Part shown: in pieces, positions 1 to 9,341 of the stretch | Layout of the letters: every line of letters begins with the position of its first letter | Numbering within the stretch: position 1 is the stretch's first letter | Assembly (NCBI GenBank): GCA_043798915.1 | Contig: JAZDOG010000098.1 | Span: 1 to 32,713 of the forward strand | Length of the DNA stretch: 32,713 bases | Origin: Pseudomonadota bacterium | Lineage (GTDB): Bacteria > UBA10199 > 2-02-FULL-44-16 > JAAZCA01 | Reading direction: 5' to 3' | Notes under the pieces: generated by a model | Databases searched by the model: none | Told to the model about the DNA's origin: nothing | The model's input: the letters and a program-made list of their open reading frames with translations, nothing else | Program-made: the position numbers and the translations under genes

Positions 1-60
1 AAGAACGGCGGGCTGGCAAAGATGCAGGCGCTTCGTCAGAAGGAATTTCTGCTCGATTGA
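1..60 (+). CDS. 3' end of upstream gene, probably CoA-transferase subunit A (partial)
   Basis: Frame 1 reads KNGGLAKMQALRQKEFLLD-TGA; identity inferred only from position before a CoA-transferase beta subunit. Confidence 0.5.
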   Translation, partial: KNGGLAKMQALRQKEFLLD

Positions 61-67
61 AACACTT

Positions 68-101
68 CCCCTCCTTTGTAAGGAGGGGCCAAGGGAGGTA
101 G
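68..101. repeat. REP-like palindromic repeat, single unit
   Basis: CCCCTCCTTTGTAAGGAGGGG hairpin plus CCAAGGGAGGTAG tail; same unit at 2691, 19573 and 23266. Confidence 0.85.
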
Positions 102-104
102 ACC

Positions 105-875
105 TTGTCAGACTACAACTCGATGGAACTCATGATATGCGTGGCCGCCCGCTTCATGGAGAACGGCTGCTCGGCCATCGTCGGCACCGGCGCGCCCTGC
201 GCCGCGGCGATGCTCGCCCAGAAGACCGCGGCGCCCGACATGCTGATTCTCTTCGAGGCCGGCGGCGTGGCGCCCCTGCTTCCGACGATGCCGGTCTCCG
301 TTGGCGACTCGCGCACCACATGGAAGGCGCTCATGGCGAGCTCCATGACCGAGACGATGTCTCTCGCGGCCCGCGGCATGGTCGACTACGCCTTCCTGGG
401 CGGCGCCCAGATCGACAAGCACGGAAATCTTAACTCGACGATGATCGGCGACGACTACCTCCATCCAAAGATTCGACTGCCAGGCTCCGGCGGCGCGGGC
501 GACATAGCGACAAACTGCTGGCGGATAATGGTGATCACACCTCATGAGAAGCGCCGCTTCGTCGAGAAAGTCGATTTCATCACGTCGCCCGGCTATCTCA
601 AGGGAGGGAAATCGCGCGAGGAAGCTGGGCTCCCGCCCGGCACCGGCCCGTACAAGATCATAACTAACCTCGCCGTAATGGGCTTTGACAACAAGGACCG
701 CCGCATGGAGATCGAATCGCTCTCCCCGAACGTCACCGTTGCCGAGGTCCAGGAGAACACGGGGTTCGAGCTGCTCGTCCGCAAGGACGTGCACGAGACG
801 GAAGTCCCCACGGCGAACGCGCTCCGCATCCTCCGCGAAGAGGTCGACCCCCATCGCTACATCATCGGCCGCTGA
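105..875 (+). CDS. Family I CoA-transferase subunit B (glutaconate/acyl CoA-transferase beta-like)
   Basis: LFEAG (catalytic Glu position), FLGGAQIDKHGNLNST and RLPGSGGAGDIA motifs; TTG start with GGGAGG upstream. Confidence 0.88.
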   Translation: MSDYNSMELMICVAARFMENGCSAIVGTGAPCAAAMLAQKTAAPDMLILFEAGGVAPLLPTMPVSVGDSRTTWKALMASSMTETMSLAARGMVDYAFLGGAQIDKHGNLNSTMIGDDYLHPKIRLPGSGGAGDIATNCWRIMVITPHEKRRFVEKVDFITSPGYLKGGKSREEAGLPPGTGPYKIITNLAVMGFDNKDRRMEIESLSPNVTVAEVQENTGFELLVRKDVHETEVPTANALRILREEVDPHRYIIGR

Positions 876-885
876 GGTGATTGCA

Positions 886-1380
886 CTACGGGCCTACTAA
901 CTGCACATCCGGTTTCTCCGCATACCAATTGCTGTCGCGAAGATAGGCGTCCAGCTCGGTCTTGATGAGGTCCTCGTGGCTGCGCTCGATGTCGGCGAGA
1001 TATTCGAATATCCGCCGCGCGGTCGGCTCCACGGCGCCCGAGGCCGCGCGGAGATAGAAATCGTGGGCCGCCCTCTCGCGCTCGATCGCCAACTTGAGCA
1101 GGCCCTCCAGCGAATCCTGGGACGCGGGCGGCCTGCCGCCCTCTGCTGTCTCAGGATCTCCGGGGATCCGCGGCGGCGCCCCCTTCTCGCCGGTCATCTT
1201 GCGATAGAGCGCGACGAGCATCTGGCGATGCGCAACCTCTTCCTTCGCCAGGGATTCGTATCGAGCCCGGACGAGGTCGTTTTTGATCATCTCTGCCAGG
1301 CTGCCATAAAAAGCCGCGGCCTCCTCCTCGCTCCTGACCGCAAGGCCGAGTATCTCCAGAACCGTGAGGTCTTCCTTCAT
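886..1380 (-). CDS. Ferritin-like/rubrerythrin-family diiron protein
   Basis: Duplicated E..A..FY and ExxH helices (EEVAH, IERSH); AAGGAG RBS. Confidence 0.85.
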   Translation of the reverse strand: MKEDLTVLEILGLAVRSEEEAAAFYGSLAEMIKNDLVRARYESLAKEEVAHRQMLVALYRKMTGEKGAPPRIPGDPETAEGGRPPASQDSLEGLLKLAIERERAAHDFYLRAASGAVEPTARRIFEYLADIERSHEDLIKTELDAYLRDSNWYAEKPDVQLVGP

Positions 1381-1394
1381 TGTCGTCTCCTTGA

Positions 1395-1457
1395 TGAGCC
1401 GAAGGCGAAGAATCCCATGGTATCAATGGGATCCTTCGCTTTGCTCAGGATGACAGC
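1395..1457. repeat. Second REP-like inverted repeat (TGTCATCCTGAGC type)
   Basis: TGAGCCGAAGGCGAAGAATCCCAT (1395-1418) pairs imperfectly with ATGGGATCCTTCGCTTTGCTCA (1426-1447). Confidence 0.6.
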
Positions 1458-1975
1458 TTCGCTGTCACTTCCTTCACGGCCTTCAGGACCGCCGCATAGT
1501 CCGGTTCGCTTGTCAGCTCGTGCATCACCTGGACGTAGCGGACCACCCCTTCGCGGTCCACAACAAAGACCGCCCTCGCCAGAAGACGGAGCTCCTCAAT
1601 GAGCACGCCGTACGCAATTCCGAATGAAGCCGCGCGGTAATCGGAGAGCGTCGTCACCCTCTCGACCCCGGCCGCACCGCACCACCTCTTCTGCGCAAAC
1701 GGCAGGTCCATGCTGACCGTCAGGATGTTCACGTCCTTCCCGAATTTTCCGGCCTCCTCGTTGAACCTGCGCGTCTCCATGTCGCAGACGGGCGTATCGA
1801 GGGATGGGACGGAGCAGATCACGCAGATATTCCCCTTGTATGACGACAGCTTGACCGGCTTCATGTCGTTGCCGGTGAGCTCAGCCTCATGCATTTTCTC
1901 TCCGACATTCAGCTCCTTTCCCAGAAGCGTCAGCGGATTCCCCTGAAATGTCACCGCACCCTTGCGTTCATTCAT
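1445..1975 (-). CDS. tpx: Thiol peroxidase (atypical 2-Cys peroxiredoxin)
   Basis: VPSLDTPVC and SMDLPFAQKRWC motifs; GAGGAGG RBS. Confidence 0.95.
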   Translation of the reverse strand: MNERKGAVTFQGNPLTLLGKELNVGEKMHEAELTGNDMKPVKLSSYKGNICVICSVPSLDTPVCDMETRRFNEEAGKFGKDVNILTVSMDLPFAQKRWCGAAGVERVTTLSDYRAASFGIAYGVLIEELRLLARAVFVVDREGVVRYVQVMHELTSEPDYAAVLKAVKEVTAKLSS

Positions 1976-2011
1976 ATGACCTCCTCAATTAATGTTTACC
2001 GAAATAAATGT

Positions 2012-2584
2012 TTACCAATTTTCCGCCAGTATCTCGAAATGATCGCGAGGATGCGCGCACGCCGGACACAGCTCCAGCGCCTCGTTCCCCTTGTGCAGAT
2101 AGCCGCAATTGCGGCAGCGCCACACCACCGCAGTTTCCCTCTTGAAGACGCGCCCGGCTTCTATGTTGTTCTTGAGATCCATATAGCGCTTCATGTGCTG
2201 TTTCTCAGCCACCGAGATGGCGTCGAATGCGGCCGCGACATCGCTGAACCCCTCGCTGCGCGCGATCTGGGCAAAGCCCGGATAAATCTCCGACCACTCG
2301 CTCTTCTCGCCGGCAGCAGCGGCAGCAAGGTTCTCCAGGGTCTTTCCGGTGAAGCCTGCAGGGAAGCTCCCATAAATCTCGACCTCTCCGCCCTTGAGGA
2401 ATTTGAAAAAGCGCTTCGCGTGCTCCCTCTCCTGGTTCGCCGTCTCCTCGAATATGTCGGATATCTGGACATATCCCTCTTTCTTCGCCTGGCTTGCGAA
2501 ATACGTGTAGCGGTTGCGCGCCTGGGACTCGCCCGCAAATGCGGTGAGCAGGTTTTTCTCCGTCTTCGATCCCTTGAATTCCAT
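2012..2584 (-). CDS. rbr: Rubrerythrin
   Basis: KTEKNLLTAFAGESQARNRY start, ExxH motifs, C-terminal rubredoxin CRNCG...CPAC; start moved to ATG 2584 after AAGGAG. Confidence 0.95.
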   Translation of the reverse strand: MEFKGSKTEKNLLTAFAGESQARNRYTYFASQAKKEGYVQISDIFEETANQEREHAKRFFKFLKGGEVEIYGSFPAGFTGKTLENLAAAAAGEKSEWSEIYPGFAQIARSEGFSDVAAAFDAISVAEKQHMKRYMDLKNNIEAGRVFKRETAVVWRCRNCGYLHKGNEALELCPACAHPRDHFEILAENW

Positions 2585-2649
2585 CTTAGGACTCCTTTCC
2601 GCCGGCTTAAGCCGGCCGGGCATATGCAGAATTGAGATAGGGGTTCATA

Positions 2650-2664
2650 TTACAGAATCTATAA
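2650..2664. promoter_or_regulatory. Putative PerR/Fur-type 7-1-7 operator
   Basis: TTACAGA-A-TCTATAA inverted repeat (one mismatch) upstream of the rbr-tpx-ferritin-like operon. Confidence 0.4.
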
Positions 2665-2690
2665 CTTGGCAACCGGCCAATCCAATCCTT

Positions 2691-2766
2691 CCCCTCCTTT
2701 GTAAGGAGGGGCTGGGGGAGGTAGATCTACCCCACCCTGACCCTCCCCTTACAAAGGGGAGGGGAT
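2691..2766. repeat. REP-like doublet (inverted pair of hairpins)
   Basis: CCCCTCCTTTGTAAGGAGGGG..GGAGGTAG-AT-CTACCCCACCCTGACCCTCCCCTTACAAAGGGGAGGG. Confidence 0.9.
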
Positions 2767-3411
2767 CGGCTTCAGAATCTTAAGCAGCTCGCCGGGGCTA
2801 TTGATGATGGTCTCGGCCCCGTTGCTGACGAGCTCATCGGCGGTCCTGAAGCCCCAGAGCGCGCCCACAGGATACATGCCGGCGCTCGAGGCGGACTGCA
2901 TGTCCACATCCGAATCGCCGAGGAAGAGGCACCTGTTGGGTGAAACCGAAAGCCTGCGGCTTATCTCCAGAGCGGGCGCCTGATGCGGCTTCAGGGGCAA
3001 GCCGTCGACAGCACCCAGAATCGCATCGAAGTGAAAACCGCCGAGCAGCTTGCCCACGAGCAGCTTCACTGAGGCCTCCGGCCTGTTCGACAGTATCCCC
3101 ATCCTGATATCCAGAGAGGATATACCGCTCAGGAGCTCGTTGATGCCGTCATAGGGGCGGGACTTGTGGAACCCCCGATACCCCACCTCCAGCTCCTTGA
3201 ACGCCTTGATCGTGACCTCGTCCCAGCACTTTTCGGGCAGCACATTGCGGACCAGGCTCTCCATGCCCGCCCCCACATATTTCTTGTATGCCTCGACTTT
3301 ATGGCCCGGCAACCCCATCGACGCCAGGATCGCGTTGATCGCGTCGGCGATGTCGTCGATCGTATTGAGGAGCGTTCCGTCGAGGTCAAAAATAACGGCA
3401 TCAAATTTCAT
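2749..3411 (-). CDS. HAD-superfamily hydrolase (phosphoglycolate phosphatase-like)
   Basis: FDLDGTL motif I, LSN motif II, KP motif III, LGDSDVD motif IV. Confidence 0.92.
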   Translation of the reverse strand: MKFDAVIFDLDGTLLNTIDDIADAINAILASMGLPGHKVEAYKKYVGAGMESLVRNVLPEKCWDEVTIKAFKELEVGYRGFHKSRPYDGINELLSGISSLDIRMGILSNRPEASVKLLVGKLLGGFHFDAILGAVDGLPLKPHQAPALEISRRLSVSPNRCLFLGDSDVDMQSASSAGMYPVGALWGFRTADELVSNGAETIINSPGELLKILKPIPSPL

Positions 3412-3491
3412 ATTCTGGGCCCTCTCCCCTTGCCATATCGCAACCCGTGCAATATGGTCGCGGTGGTTACACCATCTTGGGTAAATAGTAA

Positions 3492-4457
3492 ATGCGCTGC
3501 ATCTGCTTTACAATAACAATCTTTCTCCTTGCCGCCCTGCCGGCCTTTGCCTCTGATTCGCTCCGGCTCGTCACCTCCCTGGATCCGATCGAGGCGGCTG
3601 AATATATCGAAGCGTTCCAGAAAGACACGGGAATAAATGTGCAATGGATCAGGCTCTCGGCCGGCGAGGCGCTCTCGCGGCTCAAGGCCGAGGCTGAAAA
3701 CCCCACGCAGGACGTCTGGTTCGGCGCCCCATCTTCCGAGCTCGCCGCAGCGGCTGAAGCCGACCTGCTCGAACGGCACAGCTCCGGCACAACCCGGAAT
3801 ATCCCGTTCGGGTGGCGCGATCCCGACGGATACTGGACCGGCATATACTTCGGCGCGATCGCATTCATAAGCGGCAAGGGGGTTAAACCGCCGACATCGT
3901 GGCAAAACCTGCTGACGAAGCCCTACAAGGGCGAGATCGCCGTCAGCTATCCCTACACCGCGGGGACCGGCTTCACCGTGCTCTCGGGGCTCATCGCCAT
4001 AATGGGCGAAGAGGCCGCGTTCAGATACTGCGAGAAGCTCGACTCCAGCGTCCGGCACTACACGAATTCGGGGGGCGCACCGATCATGGAGGTGGGACTC
4101 GGCGAGGCGGGCGTGGGGATCGCGTTCGATCAGGACGCGCTCCGAAAGGGCAAGGCCCGCGGCCTTCCCGTCACGATAACGTATCCTTCTGACGGCGTCC
4201 CATATGAGATCGGCGGCGTCGCCATCGTAAAGGGCGGCGACAGGAAACTCGCAGCGCGCTTCGTTGACTGGGCGGCCTCTCTTGCCGCGCAGAACCTGAT
4301 GCACAGATGGTACCGCGTGCCGCTGGCAGCGGGCGCGGAGATAAACCCCGGCTCGAGGCGGCCCGAAACCCTGCCGCTGGCGCAGATGGACTTTCAGGAT
4401 GCCGGCGAGAGGAGAGAGGAGCTGATAAGGAAGTGGAGAGAGAGGGTTGGCAGATAA
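3492..4457 (+). CDS. ABC transporter substrate-binding protein (AfuA/FbpA-like)
   Basis: Signal peptide (LAALPAFA), EAENPTQDVWFG, PTSWQNLL, GTGFT, YPSDG motifs; first gene of an SBP-permease-ATPase cluster. Confidence 0.88.
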   Translation: MRCICFTITIFLLAALPAFASDSLRLVTSLDPIEAAEYIEAFQKDTGINVQWIRLSAGEALSRLKAEAENPTQDVWFGAPSSELAAAAEADLLERHSSGTTRNIPFGWRDPDGYWTGIYFGAIAFISGKGVKPPTSWQNLLTKPYKGEIAVSYPYTAGTGFTVLSGLIAIMGEEAAFRYCEKLDSSVRHYTNSGGAPIMEVGLGEAGVGIAFDQDALRKGKARGLPVTITYPSDGVPYEIGGVAIVKGGDRKLAARFVDWAASLAAQNLMHRWYRVPLAAGAEINPGSRRPETLPLAQMDFQDAGERREELIRKWRERVGR

Positions 4458-6067
4458 AATCGATCGCCGCCCTGGCGGCGGTCCTCGTCGCGATCTTCGT
4501 CGTCTGGCCGCTGTGGACGGTATTCTCTTCCGCGAGCATTCCCTCCATCCTGCGTTTCTTCGACACGCCCTACTTCGTACGGCCCTTCGTAAACAGCATC
4601 GTGCTGGGAACGGCGGTGGCATTTTGCGGCACCGCGATCGGATTTTTTCTGGCCTACGCCAGCGAGCGCGCGCACGTGCCCTTCGCGAGGCTTTTCGACA
4701 ACCTCTTCGCAATACCGCTGGTCGCGCCTCCGTTCATAGTCGCCATCGCGAGCATCATGCTGCTGGGCCGGAATGGTATCATCGTCCGCTATATCTTCGG
4801 CGGCCGGGAATTTTTCTCGGTCTACGGATTCTGGGGCCTTCTCATAACCGAGACGCTCGCGTATTTTCCGACGGCATACCTGGTGCTCAAGGGGACGCTC
4901 GCGGCCATACATCCGACATACGAGGAGGCGTCGCGATCGCTCGGAGCCTCGCGATGGAAGACATTCTGCTCCGTGACGGCATCGCTCGCCATACCGGGCA
5001 TCCTGAGCTCTTTTCTTCTCATCTTCATAGAATCGCTCGCGGACTTCGGAAACCCGCTCGTTCTCTCCGGCTCGTATCAGGTGCTCTCCGTGCAGGCCTA
5101 TCTCCAGATCACCGCCCTCTACGACACCGCTGGAGGGGCCACCCTGGCCCTGATGCTCCTCTTGCCTTCCCTTTTGGCGTGGGCGATTCAGAAGCGCGTC
5201 GCCGCCGGGCGATCGTTCGTGACGATCTCCGGCAAGGTGCCGCGCGCGGCGAGGGCATCGAGTCGCTTCACGGTCGCCGCTGGAACAGCTCTCTCCGCGC
5301 TGGCTGCGGCCCTGGTGGTCCTCTTCTACGGAATGATCGTTGTCGGCGCCTTCGTCAGGATGTGGGGAGTGGACTGGGCCCCCACGCTCGCAAACTTCGC
5401 AAAGGGCATGAAGATGGGGTGGCAATACGTCTCGGGTTCCGTGCTCATCGCGCTTGCCGCCGCACCGGCCACGGCGATTTTGGGAATCGCGATCGCGTAT
5501 CTGGTGGAGCGAAAGAAATTCCGCGGGCGGAGGCTGCTCGAGTTAGCGAGCATGCTGGCGTTCGCGGTCCCTGGCACGGTCCTCGGGATCGGATACGCAT
5601 TGGGCTTCAGCAGACCCCACTGGTTCATGCCCGTGGCGCTCACCGGGACCGCGTGGATCATCCTCGCCATCTTCGTGTTCCGCAACTTACCCGTAGGCGT
5701 GCAGGCCGGGCAATCGGCGCTGGCACAGATCGACGTCTCGATCGAGGAGGCCGCGCGTTCTCTGGGCGCAGGTCCAGCCGCGACATTCCGAAAAATAGTC
5801 CTGCCCCTCATGGCGCCGGCCCTGCTCACGAGCGTCATCTACGGCTTCGTGAGGGCGATGACGCAGATAAGCGCGGTGATATTCGTGGTCTCGGGAAAGT
5901 GGAACCTGCTCACGGTCTTTCTCATGGGGCTCGTCGAGAACGGAGAGCTCTCGATCGCCGCGGCGACAGGGATCGTGCTCGTGGCGATCGTGATAGCGGC
6001 GATGGGTATCCTGAAACTCGCCGTGCACCGCTGGCAAACTCGCCTGCTCGTTAAGGCTGCATGGTGA
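4433..6067 (+). CDS. ABC transporter permease, duplicated domain (AfuB/FbpB-like)
   Basis: Two EAA loops (YEEASRSLGAS, IEEAARSLGAG), LADFGNP, many TM helices; GTG 4433 start is a best guess. Confidence 0.88.
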   Translation: MEREGWQIKSIAALAAVLVAIFVVWPLWTVFSSASIPSILRFFDTPYFVRPFVNSIVLGTAVAFCGTAIGFFLAYASERAHVPFARLFDNLFAIPLVAPPFIVAIASIMLLGRNGIIVRYIFGGREFFSVYGFWGLLITETLAYFPTAYLVLKGTLAAIHPTYEEASRSLGASRWKTFCSVTASLAIPGILSSFLLIFIESLADFGNPLVLSGSYQVLSVQAYLQITALYDTAGGATLALMLLLPSLLAWAIQKRVAAGRSFVTISGKVPRAARASSRFTVAAGTALSALAAALVVLFYGMIVVGAFVRMWGVDWAPTLANFAKGMKMGWQYVSGSVLIALAAAPATAILGIAIAYLVERKKFRGRRLLELASMLAFAVPGTVLGIGYALGFSRPHWFMPVALTGTAWIILAIFVFRNLPVGVQAGQSALAQIDVSIEEAARSLGAGPAATFRKIVLPLMAPALLTSVIYGFVRAMTQISAVIFVVSGKWNLLTVFLMGLVENGELSIAAATGIVLVAIVIAAMGILKLAVHRWQTRLLVKAAW

Positions 6068-6088
6068 TAGACAAGACGGAGCGATAAT

Positions 6089-6736
6089 ATGCATCTACAA
6101 CTCACCAACGTATCGAAATTTTTTACCGACAGGAGGGGGAACGTCGTGCCCGTGGTCTCGGGGCTCACCCTCGAGGTCGGCCGCGGGGAGTTCGTCTGCC
6201 TCCTCGGGCCGTCCGGCTGCGGGAAGACCACGGTGCTGAGGCTCGCGGCGGGGCTCGAGTCGCCCACGGCCGGCAAAATCCTCCTCGGCGGCAGGGATAT
6301 CACGAAGCTCCCGCCTGAGAAGAGGAACATGTCGGTCGTCTTCCAGCACTACGCGCTCTTCCCTCACATGAGCGTGGCGGCCAATATCGCATTCGGGCTC
6401 AAGGTGAGGCGCAAGCCTTCCGAGGAGATATCGCGAAAGGTCCACTCCCTCCTGGATGTGGTTGGTCTCTCCGGCCTCGGCGAGCGCGCACCCTCCGAGC
6501 TATCGGGCGGCCAGCAGCAGCGGGTGGCGCTCGCCCGGGCGCTGGCGATCGAGCCCTCCGTCCTCCTCTGCGACGAGCCGCTCTCGAACCTCGACTCATC
6601 CTTGAGGCTCCAGATGAGGACCGAGATAAAGGCGCTGCAGCACCGCCTCGGGCTATCCACGCTCTACGTCACGCATGACGAGGAAGAAGCGAAATTTCTT
6701 GCGGACAGGATAGTGCGGATGGAACCGACGCAATAA
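6089..6736 (+). CDS. ABC transporter ATP-binding protein (AfuC/PotA-like), short
   Basis: Walker A GPSGCGKT, LSGGQQQR signature, Walker B LLCDEP, H-loop VTHD; no C-terminal TOBE region. Confidence 0.9.
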   Translation: MHLQLTNVSKFFTDRRGNVVPVVSGLTLEVGRGEFVCLLGPSGCGKTTVLRLAAGLESPTAGKILLGGRDITKLPPEKRNMSVVFQHYALFPHMSVAANIAFGLKVRRKPSEEISRKVHSLLDVVGLSGLGERAPSELSGGQQQRVALARALAIEPSVLLCDEPLSNLDSSLRLQMRTEIKALQHRLGLSTLYVTHDEEEAKFLADRIVRMEPTQ

Positions 6737-6741
6737 AAATT

Positions 6742-7893
6742 TTATCCCGCTATCTCTTTCAGCACATTCCTCGCTATCACGATTCGCTGGACCTCCGAGG
6801 TTCCCTCGTAGATCTCCGTGATCTTCGCGTCCCTGAAATAGCGCTCGACCGGGTATTCCTTGCAATAGCCGTAGCCGCCCAGCACCTGGACCGCGTCCTT
6901 CGTCACCATCGTTGCCGTCTCGGAGGCGAAGAGCTTGGCCATCGCGGCCTGCTTGGCGATGTTTTTGCCGTGGTCCTTGAGCCATGCCGCGCGGTGGACG
7001 AGGAGGCGCGCCGCATCGATGTTCATCGCCATGTCGGCGAGCTTCCACTGTATCCCCTCGAATGCGCTGATCGGCTGGCCGAACGCCTCGCGCTCCTGCG
7101 AATATTTCGCCGCCACCTCAAACGCCGCGCGCGAGATCCCCAGCGCCTGTGTCCCGATGCCGATCCTTCCGGAATCGAGCGTGTCGAGCGCCACAGTGAA
7201 GCCATTTCCCTCGCCGCCCATGAGGTTTTCCTTCGGCACCTCGCAGTTCTCCAGCACGATGCTGGATGTCGACGACGCCCTGATGCCGAGTTTGTGCTCC
7301 TTCTTGCCGACGGAATAGCCGGGAAAAGTCTTCTCCACGATGAACGCGCTGATCCCCTTGTGCCTCTTGGCCTTGTCGGTCATGGCGTAGACGATCATCG
7401 CGTCGGCGTTCGGACCGTTGGTGATGAAGTTTTTCGTGCCGTTCAGGATGTATCTGTCCCCTTTGAGGACCGCCGTGGTCTTCTGGTTGGCCGCGTCCGA
7501 CCCGGCGCCGGGCTCGGAGAGCGCGTAGGCGCCGAGCTTCAAGCCCTTCGCAAAATCCGGCATATACCTCTTCTTCTGCTCATCGCTCCCCCATCGGCCG
7601 ATGCAGCCGAGATAGAGCGAGTTGTTGACCGACATGATGACGGCGGTCGAGGCGCACGCGGCGGCGATCTCCTCTAGCGCAATCACATACGAGAGCATCT
7701 CCATCCCTGAGCCGCCGAGCTCTGTCGGGGCCATCATCCCCATGAGCCCCAGCTCCCCCATCATCTTCACCTGCTTCTCCGGGAAGGTCTCGTTCTCGTC
7801 CCACCCGGCGGCGTTGGGAGCCAGCTCCTTCTGCGCAAAGTCCCGCGCCATCTCGCCTATCATCTTCTGCTCGTCGGTCATTATGAAATCCAT
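6742..7893 (-). CDS. Acyl-CoA dehydrogenase (butyryl-CoA dehydrogenase-like)
   Basis: [29 protein letters not shown] and [10 protein letters not shown] motifs. Confidence 0.95.
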   Translation of the reverse strand: MDFIMTDEQKMIGEMARDFAQKELAPNAAGWDENETFPEKQVKMMGELGLMGMMAPTELGGSGMEMLSYVIALEEIAAACASTAVIMSVNNSLYLGCIGRWGSDEQKKRYMPDFAKGLKLGAYALSEPGAGSDAANQKTTAVLKGDRYILNGTKNFITNGPNADAMIVYAMTDKAKRHKGISAFIVEKTFPGYSVGKKEHKLGIRASSTSSIVLENCEVPKENLMGGEGNGFTVALDTLDSGRIGIGTQALGISRAAFEVAAKYSQEREAFGQPISAFEGIQWKLADMAMNIDAARLLVHRAAWLKDHGKNIAKQAAMAKLFASETATMVTKDAVQVLGGYGYCKEYPVERYFRDAKITEIYEGTSEVQRIVIARNVLKEIAG

Positions 7894-7910
7894 GTGTCAC
7901 CTCGCATGAG

Positions 7911-8759
7911 CTAATACGTATAAAATCCCCTGCCCGTCTTCCTGCCTAGCCAGCCCGCGTCCACGTATCTCCTGAGCAACGGAGATGGCCGATACCTCGG
8001 GTCGCCAATATCGCGATGGAGGACGGAGAGAATCGCCAGGACCGTGTCGAGGCCGATAAGATCGGCCAGCGCAAGCGGCCCCATCGGAAAATTGCAGCAG
8101 ACCTTCATGCACTCGTCGATGTCCTCGCGCGCCGCCACGCCCTCGTGCAAGGCGCCGATCGCCTCGTTGATCATCGGCATCAACACCCTGTTGGCGATGA
8201 ATCCCGGGGCGTCGTTAGACCTGACCGCGGCCTTCCCAAGCTTGGCGATCAGATCCATGACGACCTGCTCAGTCTCGTCGGATGTGGCAAGCCCGCGGAT
8301 GACCTCCACGCCCTTCATCAGCGGCACCGGGTTCATGAAGTGCATCCCGATGACGCCCTGCGGCCTCTTCGTCGCGGCGGCTATCCGCGTGATCGAGATG
8401 GAAGATGTGTTTGTCGCAAGGATCGCTGAGGGCGCAAGGGTCTCGTCCAACTTCTTGAATATCTCTATCTTGAGCGCTTCGTTTTCTGTCGCCGCCTCGA
8501 TGGCGATGTCAGAACCCTTGAGATTGGCGACATCGGCAGTGATCGAGATCCTCTTCTGCGCTGCGGATCGATCATCGCTGGATATCTTGCCCTTCTCCGC
8601 CATCTTGCGGAGCGACGATTCGATCGCCGCGAGGCCCCTTTTGCAGAACGAGACGTCGATGTCGCGCATCACCACGTCGAAGCCGGCGACCGCGAAGACC
8701 TGCGCGATCCCGCTGCCCATCTGCCCCGCCCCGACCACGCCGACCTTTTTTATCACCAT
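7911..8759 (-). CDS. hbd: 3-hydroxybutyryl-CoA dehydrogenase
   Basis: GAGQMGSG Rossmann motif, [25 protein letters not shown]; start at ATG 8759 after GGGGAGG. Confidence 0.93.
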   Translation of the reverse strand: MVIKKVGVVGAGQMGSGIAQVFAVAGFDVVMRDIDVSFCKRGLAAIESSLRKMAEKGKISSDDRSAAQKRISITADVANLKGSDIAIEAATENEALKIEIFKKLDETLAPSAILATNTSSISITRIAAATKRPQGVIGMHFMNPVPLMKGVEVIRGLATSDETEQVVMDLIAKLGKAAVRSNDAPGFIANRVLMPMINEAIGALHEGVAAREDIDECMKVCCNFPMGPLALADLIGLDTVLAILSVLHRDIGDPRYRPSPLLRRYVDAGWLGRKTGRGFYTY

Positions 8760-8903
8760 GGCATCCTCCCCTGTCACCACAACCGCTATGCGCTTGAAAC
8801 CCGCCGGAGTATTGTGAGCGGAGCCGCTTTTGTCAACCGCGTAGCTTGCAAAAGAATGACGGCAGGTGTATCTGTTCTCCTCACAAATCCAAAGGGGGTC
8901 AAC

Positions 8904-9320
8904 ATGTCGGTTGAAATGGACGTCCGGTACGACGGAGGATTTCGCTGCACGGCAACCCACGGGCCATCGGGAATCACGATGACGACCGACGCACCGACGG
9001 ACAACGGCGGAAAAGGCGAGGCCTTTTCGCCGACGGACCTCGTGGCGGCGGCGCTGGGCACGTGCGTGATGACGATCATGGCCATGATGGCCGAGCGAAG
9101 CGGCTTGGATCTCACGGGCACGCGCATCCATCTGGTCAAGGATATGGCCACAGCCCCAAGCCGCCGCATCGGGAGGGTCGGGGCCACCATCACGTTCCCG
9201 AAGGGTTTGAAGATTTCGGACGCCGACCGGATCAAACTCGAGAGAAGCGTGGAGTCATGCCCCGTGAAACAGAGCCTGCACCCGGACATCAAGGTGGCAA
9301 CCGAGTTCATCTATCCATAG
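8904..9320 (+). CDS. OsmC family protein
   Basis: TDAP.DNGG.G..FSPTDL.AAALGTC and CPV..SL motifs; start at ATG 8904 after AAGGGGG. Confidence 0.9.
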   Translation: MSVEMDVRYDGGFRCTATHGPSGITMTTDAPTDNGGKGEAFSPTDLVAAALGTCVMTIMAMMAERSGLDLTGTRIHLVKDMATAPSRRIGRVGATITFPKGLKISDADRIKLERSVESCPVKQSLHPDIKVATEFIYP

Positions 9321-9341
9321 AGGCGAGTTGAAGATTCAGGA

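Noticed and set aside
2514..2783. ORFs sharing the peptide PLLCKEGLGEVD (also 19264-19707)
   Set aside because: The shared peptide is just the translation of the REP-like repeat.
7911..9131. Extended N-termini given by the ORF track for hbd, nuoB, nuoM and the permease
   Set aside because: The extensions overlap neighbouring genes; downstream starts match family lengths and mostly have RBSs.
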